Notes: generated by a model not told the origin, from the letters alone. Shown: positions 49,076-59,205, counted from the first letter of the stretch. The stretch is DNA of 63,466 nucleotides from Candidatus Parcubacteria bacterium (GCA_963766795.1 CAVYBN010000006.1:1-63466), one strand, 5' to 3'. Numbers and translations are program-made.

Positions 49076-49756
49076 ATGATCTATTACGACAAAGTCTCGA
49101 AGACCTATCCCGACAAGACCGTGGCTCTGGAAGGCGTCAGCTTCGGCGTGGAACCCAAGGAATTCGTGACGATCGTGGGGCCGTCGGGCGCGGGCAAGAC
49201 CACGCTAGTGAAGCTACTCATAGCCGAGGATTATCCGACCGGAGGCGCCGTCTACTTCGAATCCAGCGATATCCACCGCATGAAGAAGCGCGACATCGGC
49301 AAGCTTCGCCGCCGCATCGGCATGGTCTTTCAGGACTACCGCCTGATCCCCGGGAAGACCGTCTACGAGAACATCGCCTTCGCCATGGAAGCGGCCGGCC
49401 GCAAGGACGCCGAGATCGCGGCCGACGTGCCGCACGTCCTCGAATTGGTGGACCTCGGCCATAAGATCTGGAATTTTCCCGGTGAATTGTCGGGCGGAGA
49501 GCGCCAACGCGCGGCTATCGCGCGGGCAATCGTGACTCAGCCGGACGTGGTCATCGCCGACGAGCCGACCGGCAACCTCGACCCGGCCAACACCTACGAG
49601 ATCGTGCGCATCCTGAAGAAGATCAACGAGCTGGGCACGACTGTATTGCTGACCACGCACAATAAAGGCGTCGTCGATACCGTCGGAGGCAGGATTATCA
49701 CCATGGAAAAAGGGAAGGTGATCAAGGATGACAAGAATGGGAAGTATATATTGTAA
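49076..49756 (+). CDS. ftsE: Cell-division ABC ATPase FtsE
   Basis: GPSGAGKTT, VFQDYRL, LSGGERQRAAIARA, IADEPTGNLDP. Confidence 0.93.
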   Translation: MIYYDKVSKTYPDKTVALEGVSFGVEPKEFVTIVGPSGAGKTTLVKLLIAEDYPTGGAVYFESSDIHRMKKRDIGKLRRRIGMVFQDYRLIPGKTVYENIAFAMEAAGRKDAEIAADVPHVLELVDLGHKIWNFPGELSGGERQRAAIARAIVTQPDVVIADEPTGNLDPANTYEIVRILKKINELGTTVLLTTHNKGVVDTVGGRIITMEKGKVIKDDKNGKYIL

Positions 49757-49762
49757 AGTTGT

Positions 49763-49846
49763 GTCATTCCCGCGAAAGCGGGAATCCAGAGTTGAAGCAC
49801 TAACCTAAATGGTTAAACCCTGGATCCCCGCTTACGCGGGGATGAC
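49763..49846. repeat. CGTC-type REP doublet, copy 4 (intergenic ftsE-ftsX)
   Basis: GTCATTCCCGCGAAAGCGGGAATCCAG...CTGGATCCCCGCTTACGCGGGGATGAC. Confidence 0.9.
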
Positions 49847-49922
49847 AAGGCAATGATCTGTGATTTGGAGCTTGGAATTTTCAAAGGTGTATTAATCAGA
49901 CGAATCCTAGTATAATGACCGT

Positions 49923-50879
49923 ATGGTCTTCACCACTTTTAAGCGTATTACTCGCACCGGCTTCGTGAACTTCTGGAGGAACGGCTTTCTGTCGTTCGCG
50001 GCTATCGTGGTCATCACCCTGTCGCTCCTGGCCTTGGGCGGGCTCATCTTCGCCGGCGCTTTCGGGCGGGCTCTCATCTCAGACGTCAAGGATCAGGTGG
50101 ACATCAACGTATATTTCACTCTGACTGCCCAAGAATCAGACATCCTGGCTCTGCAAAAGAGCGTCAACGCCTTGCCGGAAGTCGCTTCGACGGCCTATGT
50201 CTCGCGCGATCAGGCCCTCACGGCCTTCCAGGCCAAATGGCAGAACAACACTCTGATCATGCAAGGATTGCAAGAGCTCGGCTCGAACCCATTCCCGGCC
50301 TCGCTCAACATCAAAGCCAAAGACCCTGGCGAATACGGCGGCATCGCCGATTACTTGAACAACAAGAGCCCAGTCGATGCTTCCGGCACGCCGATCATCG
50401 ACAAGATCAATTATCAGGAGAACAAGCTGATCATCGACCGCCTCGGCAAGATCATCCCGGCAGTCGAAGAGGCCGGCACGGTCGTCGCGATCATCTTGGG
50501 CCTAGTGGCCGTCGTCGTCGTCTTCAATACCATCCGGCTCATCACTTTCACCGCCAAGGACGAGATCGCCGTGATGAAGCTGGTCGGCGCCAACAATATC
50601 TTCGTGCGCGGACCATTGCTGGTCTCCGGCATCATGTATGGCATCGTCTCCGGGGTGATCGCGCTCGTCGTCATGGCAGCCGCGGCCTATTGGAGCGACA
50701 CGCTCATTTTGCGATTGGCGGGCGTGGACGTGGCGGCCAACTTCTCGCTGGCGGTCAACGTCTTCTCGAGCTATTTCAACCAGAATTTCGGAGAGCTCTT
50801 CGCGATCATCATGGGCAGCGGCATCGTCCTCGGTGGATTATCGAGCTACATCGCGGCTAGGAGGTATTTGAGGGTGTGA
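49923..50879 (+). CDS. ftsX: Cell-division permease FtsX
   Basis: NFWRNG, NPFPASL, NTIRL...EI.VMKLVGA...P; four TM helices. Confidence 0.93.
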   Translation: MVFTTFKRITRTGFVNFWRNGFLSFAAIVVITLSLLALGGLIFAGAFGRALISDVKDQVDINVYFTLTAQESDILALQKSVNALPEVASTAYVSRDQALTAFQAKWQNNTLIMQGLQELGSNPFPASLNIKAKDPGEYGGIADYLNNKSPVDASGTPIIDKINYQENKLIIDRLGKIIPAVEEAGTVVAIILGLVAVVVVFNTIRLITFTAKDEIAVMKLVGANNIFVRGPLLVSGIMYGIVSGVIALVVMAAAAYWSDTLILRLAGVDVAANFSLAVNVFSSYFNQNFGELFAIIMGSGIVLGGLSSYIAARRYLRV

Positions 50880-51026
50880 TGGTGGTAAGCGGTTAGCCGA
50901 ATTAGATGCCCCAAAACCTTCGTAGCACCGCCTTTTCTTGACCGCTTGACTTTTATAGACAAGTGTAGTACCATAATATGCGAAACTAAGGCTCAAAACA
51001 AACCTTAGTAAAAAGGAGATTTTAGA

Positions 51027-51224
51027 ATGAAAATCAGCTCTTTGTTAATAGCCGTAGCGATTGGTCTCGCAATGGCCTTGTTGTTTTCGTGGAAATGGAT
51101 GCCAAAGCGCCGGCGAATTCTCGGGACGGCTCTGCTTGTTTCAAGCCATCCCGCGAATTCAATCCTCTTCGAAAATCATACGCCGTATCAGGTCAATTCT
51201 AGTCATTTTGACAATGACAAATGA
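51027..51224 (+). CDS. Small membrane protein (hypothetical)
   Basis: AGGAG ribosome-binding site 7 nt upstream; hydrophobic N-terminus. Confidence 0.45.
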   Translation: MKISSLLIAVAIGLAMALLFSWKWMPKRRRILGTALLVSSHPANSILFENHTPYQVNSSHFDNDK

Positions 51225-51552
51225 CATTGGTTTGTTATGGCCGGGCGCATCTCATTGTCGTCTACGATTGTGCCAGTAATGGCGATGGAGAGATTTCGTT
51301 ACGGTTGACGGCGACGCGGATCAGGAAAGTCGGATGTCTGGTCAGTGAAACTAGGATCGGAAGCGCCACGCGCCGCATTCACACGGGCACAAACTGCCCG
51401 GCCCAAGCATCGATACTTCGCAGTTTCGATTTCAAATGACCGGCCAATACCGGTTTGCACAACAGAGAGGAAGTCCTCTCTGTTTTTTATTCCTTCACGC
51501 GATATCCCCACCTTTTCCAACCAGAACAATGATTTTAAGCTATTATTAGCGC

Positions 51553-54500
51553 ATGAAAAAGGTACATTCGGCATTAGCGGTTTCTGTATGCGGTATCATA
51601 TTTCTCCTCGTTTTTGTCTTCCAAATCATCCATCCGATTGTAGCCCACGCTCAAAGCTACGACGGCAGCGTGATAGGTTATATGTATCCAAGTGACGGCG
51701 CTTCTCCAACCGCTATCACCGATAGCCCCGGACTTCAGCTTATGAATCAGAGGGCCGTATACGCATGGATCACTTCTATCAAGCTCAACACAAGCGCGGC
51801 TGTCAATGTTGTAGATTGTACGATGGGAAATAATACTTATGTCTATAAAACCTTTACCGGTCCGGGAACTTTTTCCATGAATTATCCGGACCAACGCAAT
51901 GATTCATGCCTCGCCATCCAATTAGTGTTGCCAACCTCTGTCTCTGCTACTATCACTCTCGCCGCCACGACCGTAAACACGAGTTCCATTAAGCTTTCTT
52001 GGAATGACCCGTACACTGATACCACCAAATACTATGTTTGTTCTGACACGAATCCATTCTCCGGTCCTTGTGATACCAGCCCGGGTTCCGGTCTCATTGC
52101 CACTATCGTCTCGAATGCCACCAAGAGCCATGCGAATACTGCGACCTCGTACACCAATACCGGTCTGAATCCTAATACCCAATATTACTACGCGGTCGAA
52201 GCCGCCAATCATCCTGATATACAGTCAGACACTGTTTCAGCGACGACGAATCCAAATCCTGCGCCGGTCATCACTGCTGTTTCACCGACTACAGCTGTTT
52301 CTGGAAGCGGCGCGACTATCACCGTTATAGGCTCAAATTTTAACTCAGCCGATGCACTGGAGATCGCAGAAGGTTCGACTGTTTACTCAAGGCCTACCAT
52401 AACGGCTAACAGTGCTGGGACGACTCTGTCATTTGTTCTTCCAAGCGCTATGACAAGCGGCATATACAACCTCACGGTATTTAACGCAAATGGCATAGGA
52501 AGCAATTCAGTCAGTCTCACGATTACGGCTTTGCCGGTCAATAACCCTCCGAGCAATCTCACGGCGACCGTTATTTTGAATTCCACCCGACAAGGAGTGC
52601 AGCTGAATTGGACCGATAACGCGTCTCAAGCGGCAAATGTCTTCGTCATGCAGACAAATTCTCAAGAAGGAAAGCCTCCCAGCGCGATCGCCATGCTTCC
52701 TTCCGGATCCGCATCATATTTTGACGATTGGAATAGCGCCACTCTGTCAACGCCACAAGAAAATTACGAGGTCTCTGCGATGCTCAAAGACAACTCCTTT
52801 ACCGCCCCATCGAATCTCGTCTCGGTTTCCAACTGTCAGCTTATCGCCGGAAGCGCCACGGCGCCGTACAAGATCGTATTTATGAGAGGCACGAGCGTCA
52901 GCCAGACCAAGAATCAAATGAGCTCCATGGGCGGTTTCTTGGCGAACACACAGAGAGTCATCAGTCAAGGTTTTGACGGGATCCAGCCGTTTGAACACTA
53001 TTTTGACGAGTTTGCTTTCTATCTCGATGCGCAGGCAACTCCCGATACTGATAGCCACGGTAAACATCAATAACGTCACAAGCTCTCTGATGCAAAATTC
53101 AAGCTGTGTCGGCAACATAGATCCCATTGAATATATATTCTACGCCAACGATCCAAATGGCGTAAATAACCCAGGCGGTCCAGCATACGCATATGCGCCG
53201 AATGCTCCTACTCCGGGGTTTGTATACATAAACATCGCACCCATTTCTTTTTTTGGAGGCTCTACCGGCGGAACAATCAATTGGAATTATTTTAATTGGT
53301 CGCCTATCGTCGAGATGCATGAGACCGGACATGCGTTCGGAGGGCTGTTTGACGAATACATAGATGACAAATATGGGAGCCTATGGAATGCCTCTGCGAG
53401 GATGAATCATGCTTCACCGGCGAATTGCACCAGCAATCCTAAGCGCGATTACCGCAGTCCAGTCGATAACCTGATTTACGGATCAGTCAGTGATGTCGGG
53501 TGTCTCTACGTGTATTATCGGGGCGTTCTGAGTCTGGGTCTTCCAGGCATCAACTATTATCGTCCGAGCGTTACCGGCATCATGAACACCGCTGACGACG
53601 GCGAGGGAAATCTGAAAGCCCCATTCGAGTTCAATGTCATAGATTGCGGATACATCGTCGCCCGTATACAAGGAGTGCCATACGGTCAATTGACGCCAAA
53701 AAATGTCGGCCAATATTGGCCGCTGTGCAAAGCCATGGCCCAGCAGGGAACTGTTATTTCAGATGACATACCACCGGCGATTCCTGCGCCTATAATCAAC
53801 AATGGCATATCGTCTGGCGGCATGAACGAAGATGTCGGTTCTTCCAACGCTGAAGACGAATCGTTCATTGTATTAACCCCCGGCGATCCGACTGTCACCG
53901 GCATAGGCTTCACGCCGACGGGGAACAGCGTCCAATTCACGGATGTAACGGACAGCACGAAGACATACGAAGTCAACGACATCTCGTCTCCTAACGGCAA
54001 GACGCTTACATTCACAATGCCGACTGACGATCCGATACCCGCGGGGACATATCAGTTGCGGACCGGCGCGTTCAACAGCCCGTGGAGCAATTTCATTACG
54101 GTCACCGTGCTCGGTTCAGACTTGAGTTCTCTGTCGCCGTCGCTCGCGACTCCTAATGCTCCCGTTACCGTTACGGGGATCGATTTGCCGACCCAACCGA
54201 CCTCTAAGCCCGTGGTCATGGCTTTCTTTCAAAACGGCCGTCAGGTGACGACGGTTCCGGTAACACTCGTGAGTTCTTCGACTCTGCGTTTCAATCCGCC
54301 GCAGAATGTAGCCGCCGGCAATTTTACCGTCGCTCTGGCCTACAATCCGTCCGCCCAGCTCAACGGCCCGACTACCCAGATCAGCAACAGCTTGCCTTTT
54401 ACCGTAGCGGGAAATTCAGCGCCGACCGCATCTTCATGTCCCGCTGGCTATACTTGCACATATACTGCGACATCGACTAAGATCAGCAATGTCGTGCCAG

Positions 54501-55586
54501 CTCTCGTTTCCGGCAAGCTCCCGACTTCCGCCGTCCTTGCCCCTCCCGCCGTCACCGCCTCGAACGTCGCAGCTCCCCTCTCCTTCCACCCTGGCCTCTA
54601 TAAATCCGACTCACGCTCTGCCGGGCGTTACCTTGACCGTCTCCGGCTACAACTATCCCAACTCTGCTTCCCACAGCCTCTTCATCTACGACTCGTCGGG
54701 GATGTTCGTCGGCAAGGTCAGCAATACCGCGCAAGGCTCCGGGGGGATAGCCTTCACGGTGCCTTCAGTCAGCGCCGGCAATTACTCCGTCGCCGACATC
54801 GTCTCCGGCCAGTCCGCGCAAAGTAACCGCCTCCCATTCGCCGTCGACGCTCCGGCGAACCTGACCCCGACTATCACCCAAGGCCCGCTTGAGACCAACA
54901 CCACGCTGATGACACAGTCCAATGTGGCTATATACGGCTCCAACTTCACTCCGACAGGCAATGACGTCAAAGTGAACGGCGTCGACGTCGGCGCGAACGG
55001 CGCCAACGTGGGCAGCCTTCCATCCAGCCAATCAGGACAGATGATCACCTTCAGTCTCCCGTCTCTGCCAGCCGGCACGTATCCGATCATCGTCAGCAAC
55101 GCCAACGGCATCAGCAAGTCAGTGAATCTCGTCGTCGATCCGGCTCCGGCTCTCGCCATCACCCAGATTAATCCCTCTTCAGGCCCGCTCGGCACCACGG
55201 TGACCATCACAGGCAGCGGATTCACGACTGGCACCGGCAGCAACGGAAATGACGTCTATATCACGTCGTTGGACGGCAACTATAGCATCATCGTACGCGG
55301 CGTCCAATCAACAAACGGGACTACTCTCACGCTCACTTTACCAACCACATACTCAGAGACGCCGGGTGTTTACACTGTCAACATCCAGAACACCAACGGC
55401 CAAACCAACTACCAAAGCAGTAATAGCAGTACCGACTTCACGCTGACGGCGCCTACGACTTCCGATGCGGATACCGGCTCGAATAACGCCGCCGGTTGGT
55501 ATGCGGTTAGTTATCCGGCATTTAATGGAGCTGGCATGACCGCTAGCGTGTGGAACATGTTTCTGGATCTATTTAAGAACTGGTAA
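51553..55586 (+). CDS. Large secreted multidomain protein: FN3, IPT/TIG repeats and M64-like zinc metallopeptidase (two +1 frameshifts)
   Basis: Signal peptide ending AHA; SIKLSWN...YYYAVEA (FN3); repeated I..I.P.....G..VTI.GS.F (IPT/TIG); HETGHAFGGLFDEY. Confidence 0.8.
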
Positions 55587-55655
55587 TAACAAAGCTTATA
55601 TACCACTGTCGATATTTTTGGTTATTCACGTGTTTCATGTTAAAATAAAAGCGCT

Positions 55656-56052
55656 ATGCTAAACATGGACGCTCTAAAGCCGCAGATCAAAGAATTAGCC
55701 GAGAGATACGGCCTGTCTTTGGTTGTGCTCTTCGGATCGCAGGCGACCGGAGCGACGCATCCGAAAAGCGACGTAGACATCGCGGTTTTGAGCACGCAAA
55801 CCTTTGACCGCGACAAGCGCCATGACGGTTTTTGGGATATCTTCAAGAGAGACGACGTGGAGATGGTCAATATGGGCACGGCTTCTCCTACGATGATGTA
55901 CGTCTTGATCCGCGACGGAAAAGCTCTTGTATGAAAACGCGTCCGGAGCGTTCATGAAATGGAAATTTTACGCCATATGGGTATGGTTGGATACCGCTTG
56001 GTTGCGGAGATTACGCGATAAAAAAATGATCGAATGGGCCAAGACTGCATAA
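55656..56052 (+). CDS. MntA-like nucleotidyltransferase (+1 frameshift near 55925)
   Basis: VLFGSQATG...SDVDIAV; C-terminus continues in the next frame to TAA at 56052. Confidence 0.85.
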
Positions 56053-56069
56053 TCACATGATCAGAGAGA

Positions 56070-56542
56070 AATAATCAATAACCAAGTATTCCAATAACCA
56101 AACTCTGCTGACCGTGTTTGGTTATTGTATCTTGGTTATTGTGATTTGAGGATGATTGTAGAGAGGATCCTTTTGATTTCATCACCCTCTTGCATCAACT
56201 TCATCATTCTCTTCTTAAGGGTCGGATTTGCTTCAGCGACTAGCTCCAGCCAATGAAGGCACTCCTTGGATTCTCTACGAGATATTTTTAGGCGCAGGAT
56301 GAAATCCTTTTTACCGAGAGCATCATTCGCTTCTCGGTAATTCGCGCCTATTGATCCGGCTGATCCCGCGACCTGACCGGATAAACGCCCATTGACGGCA
56401 TTTTTTGGCAACGCATTGCACAAGCGAATCACCCTCTTGGCAAAATCTGTGGTCCGTTTTTCTAGGTTAAATTGCATATTTGTATGTTTGGTCATTGTGA
56501 TTTGTAATTTGTTTGGTCATTGTATCTTGGTTATTGGTTATT
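56070..56542 (-). mobile_element. Heptamer-arm element carrying a four-helix-bundle gene
   Basis: 26-bp direct repeats (56116-56141 and 56511-56536, one mismatch) flank the gene; an inverted arm lies at 56070-56103. Confidence 0.65.
56136..56477 (-). CDS. Four-helix-bundle protein (TIGR02436/23S rRNA IVS-protein family)
   Basis: NLEKRT, SAGSIGANYREA, KDFI..LKIS.RE..E..HWLEL. An alternative ATG at 56495 lies inside the repeat arm. Confidence 0.92.
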   Translation of the reverse strand: MQFNLEKRTTDFAKRVIRLCNALPKNAVNGRLSGQVAGSAGSIGANYREANDALGKKDFILRLKISRRESKECLHWLELVAEANPTLKKRMMKLMQEGDEIKRILSTIILKSQ

Positions 56543-56555
56543 ATATACTCATTCA

Positions 56556-58592
56556 ATGCCAAAGAAGATATCTCACAGACCTGTCCGGAATCAAAAAAAG
56601 GCCCCGAAACCCCGCCACAAATACATATTCGTGGTCGGCGGCGTGATGTCGGGGGTGGGAAAGGGCGTAGCTACCTCATCTATCGGCATGTTGCTGTCCG
56701 CCAAAGGCTACAAGGTCAACTTGGTCAAGGTGGATCCTTACCTGAATGTGGACGCCGGCACCATGAATCCGACCGAACATGGCGAAGTGTTCGTGCTGAA
56801 TTCAGGTCTGGAGACCGACCAGGATATGGGAAACTACGAGCGATTCATGGGCCACGACTTGGATCCGGACGACTACATGACATCAGGCATGGTCTATAAG
56901 TCGGTGATCGACCGCGAGCGCAATCTCGGCTACGGCGGCAAATGCGTCGAGACTCTGCCGCATGTGCGGAACGAGATCATCGACCGATTCAAGAAAGCCG
57001 CCGTGGCTGCCAAGTCAGACATCTCCGTCATCGAGATCGGCGGCACGGTCGGCGATTTCCAGAACGCGCTCTTCATCGAAGCGGCGCGCGTGATCAGGCT
57101 ATCAAATCCGGGCGACGTGACTTTCATCATGGTTTCGTACCTGCCGGTCCCGGGGACATTGGGCGAGATGAAGACCAAGCCGACCCAGCACGCGTTGTCG
57201 ACCTTGAATTCGTACGGCATCCAAGCGGATTTCATCATCGCGCGTTCGACGCACGAGGTAGATCTGAAGAGAAAAGAGAAGCTCTCGCTCATCTGCAATG
57301 TCAGGCCGGAGCGGGTGATCTCGGCTCCGGATATCTCGAGCATTTATGACGTGCCAGTGAATTTCGAGAAGGATCATCTGAGCGACTTGCTTCTTGAGGC
57401 CTTGAACTTACCGAAGGTTAAGACTTCCGATTCATTCAAGGCCTGGAAGAAGCTGGCCAATGGCATCAAGAATCACGGCCGGCATGAGGTGCATATCGGC
57501 GTGGTGGGGAAGTATTTCAATACGGGCGATTTCATCCTCTCTGATTCCTACATCTCGGTCTTGGAGGCGATCAAATTCTCGGCGTACGCGGTGGGTGTGA
57601 AGGCGGTGATTCACACGATCAATTCGAGAGACTTTGAGAGTGATGCGAAGTCAGCAGTTTCCTCAAGGTCTGCGGGACTCGCTTCGCGAAATGGCACGGC
57701 TCTCCAGTCGCTCGGCCGAAGCCGAATTGCTCCTGTCGATCCGGCCATTTCTGCTCGCTCAAACAGTCCTCGACCTATCGGAACCTCTGACTTCGCATCC
57801 CTCGAAGCCTTCGATGGTATCATCGTTCCTGGGGGCTTCGGATCGTCAGGAATAGAAGGCAAGCTGGCCGTCATTCGCTACGCGCGTGAGAATGGCATAC
57901 CGTATCTCGGATTATGCTACGGCATGCAACTGATGACCATCGAATACGCCCGCGACGTCCTCGGTCTCAAAGGCGCGAACACCTCGGAGATAGACCCGAA
58001 ATCGCCGCATCCGGTCATAGACATCATGCCGGACCAGAAGAAGAAGATGGCTGAAAGCGACTACGGCGGCACGATGCGACTGGGTCAGTATCCGGCCAAG
58101 CTCATGAAAGGCACGATCGCGCAGGAAGCCTACTCTCAATTCGCCGGCAAGAAGCTGCCCAAAGCCACTACAATGATCAAGGAGCGCCACCGCCATCGCT
58201 ATGAGGTCAACCCGAAGTACATCGAACGCCTTGAAAAAGCCGGACTGGTCTTCTCGGGGCGATCGCCTGACGGCACTCTCATGGAGATCGCCGAATTGCC
58301 GCGTGAAGGCACGGCTGGCGCGAAACATACTCACCCGTTCTTCCTAGGAACGCAATTCCACCCTGAATTCCTGGCGCGCCCGCTCATGCCGCATCCCTTA
58401 TTCACGGAGTTCATGAAAGCGGCGAAAAGCAGAAGCCGGGAGCTTGGAGCTAGGAGAGAGGAAGAAGAAAACAAAGAAGAGATTAGAGATAAGAGATTAG
58501 ATATTAGAGAAGAAAAAGGAACGGAAAACACAAGCGGAAATAATGCGCAGGAGATAGATACTGATCGGTTGGAATCAGAGGCGGCGGATTAG
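56556..58592 (+). CDS. pyrG: CTP synthase with an in-frame palindromic insertion and repeat-derived C-terminal tail
   Basis: GGVMSGVGKG, DPYLNVDAGTMNPTEHGEV, TKPTQH, PGGFG, GLCYGMQ, ERHRHRYE, QFHPE. Confidence 0.98.
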   Translation: MPKKISHRPVRNQKKAPKPRHKYIFVVGGVMSGVGKGVATSSIGMLLSAKGYKVNLVKVDPYLNVDAGTMNPTEHGEVFVLNSGLETDQDMGNYERFMGHDLDPDDYMTSGMVYKSVIDRERNLGYGGKCVETLPHVRNEIIDRFKKAAVAAKSDISVIEIGGTVGDFQNALFIEAARVIRLSNPGDVTFIMVSYLPVPGTLGEMKTKPTQHALSTLNSYGIQADFIIARSTHEVDLKRKEKLSLICNVRPERVISAPDISSIYDVPVNFEKDHLSDLLLEALNLPKVKTSDSFKAWKKLANGIKNHGRHEVHIGVVGKYFNTGDFILSDSYISVLEAIKFSAYAVGVKAVIHTINSRDFESDAKSAVSSRSAGLASRNGTALQSLGRSRIAPVDPAISARSNSPRPIGTSDFASLEAFDGIIVPGGFGSSGIEGKLAVIRYARENGIPYLGLCYGMQLMTIEYARDVLGLKGANTSEIDPKSPHPVIDIMPDQKKKMAESDYGGTMRLGQYPAKLMKGTIAQEAYSQFAGKKLPKATTMIKERHRHRYEVNPKYIERLEKAGLVFSGRSPDGTLMEIAELPREGTAGAKHTHPFFLGTQFHPEFLARPLMPHPLFTEFMKAAKSRSRELGARREEEENKEEIRDKRLDIREEKGTENTSGNNAQEIDTDRLESEAAD

Positions 58593-58609
58593 AAGGATTT
58601 TTAAGTGTA

Positions 58610-58637
58610 TTGACAAATAATATACATTGTCTATACT
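58610..58637 (+). promoter_or_regulatory. Sigma70 promoter of the dinJ-yafQ-like operon
   Basis: TTGACA-16 nt-TATACT; near-palindrome TTGTCTA-TAC-TAGGCAA across the -10 box. Confidence 0.75.
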
Positions 58638-58644
58638 AGGCAAT

Positions 58645-58920
58645 ATGAGCATGAACGCCACAGTCCAGTTGCGCATCGACGCGTCAACCAAGAGCAAGGC
58701 CCAGAAAGTCCTGAAGGAGCTGGGGCTCGATCTGTCGTCCGCGGTCAAGCTGTTCCTGACGCAGGTCGTATACAGCAGTTCCGTTCCCTTTAGTATCCGT
58801 ACCGAGAATGGTTTTACCCACGCACAGGAGCGCCGCATTATCAAGGAAACTGAATGGGCCAAGAAGCATGGCAAGAGGTTCACTAGCGCTAGAGCGATGA
58901 TCGATGATATGCTTTCGTGA
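58645..58920 (+). CDS. dinJ: RelB/DinJ-family antitoxin
   Basis: VQLRIDASTKSKAQKVLKELGLDLSSAVKLFLTQV...PF. Confidence 0.88.
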   Translation: MSMNATVQLRIDASTKSKAQKVLKELGLDLSSAVKLFLTQVVYSSSVPFSIRTENGFTHAQERRIIKETEWAKKHGKRFTSARAMIDDMLS

Positions 58921-58923
58921 TAG

Positions 58924-59205
58924 ATGTTCACGATTGTATATGCGCGCAAATTCCGTAAGAAGCTCCGAACCTTCGCACGGTCCGGCGTTTTTGATCTGGA
59001 GAGGTTCGAAATGACCGTTGATACATTACGCCAAGGAAAAAGCCTGGATGCCGTGTTCCGTGATCATCAACTCAAAGGGAAGATGGCTAAATACAGAGAA
59101 TACCATCTCTTTGGAGATCTTCTTGTAGTCTATGAAAAGGATGAATCTGTGAATGTCGTCACTTTTTCGGACATAGGTACTCACTCGAATTTGTTCGGCC
59201 GCTGA
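58924..59205 (+). CDS. yafQ: YafQ-family mRNA interferase
   Basis: RDHQLKG...REYHL.GDLLVVY...IGTHS.LF. Confidence 0.88.
   Translation: MFTIVYARKFRKKLRTFARSGVFDLERFEMTVDTLRQGKSLDAVFRDHQLKGKMAKYREYHLFGDLLVVYEKDESVNVVTFSDIGTHSNLFGR

Noticed and set aside
17665-56052. Mass pseudogenisation or programmed ribosomal frameshifting
   Set aside because: The uniform +1 pattern without shared slippery sites, in essential genes, is better explained by consensus errors.
55656-56542. Diversity-generating retroelement, because four-helix-bundle proteins resemble Avd
   Set aside because: No reverse transcriptase and no template/variable repeat pair with adenine-specific differences in the window.
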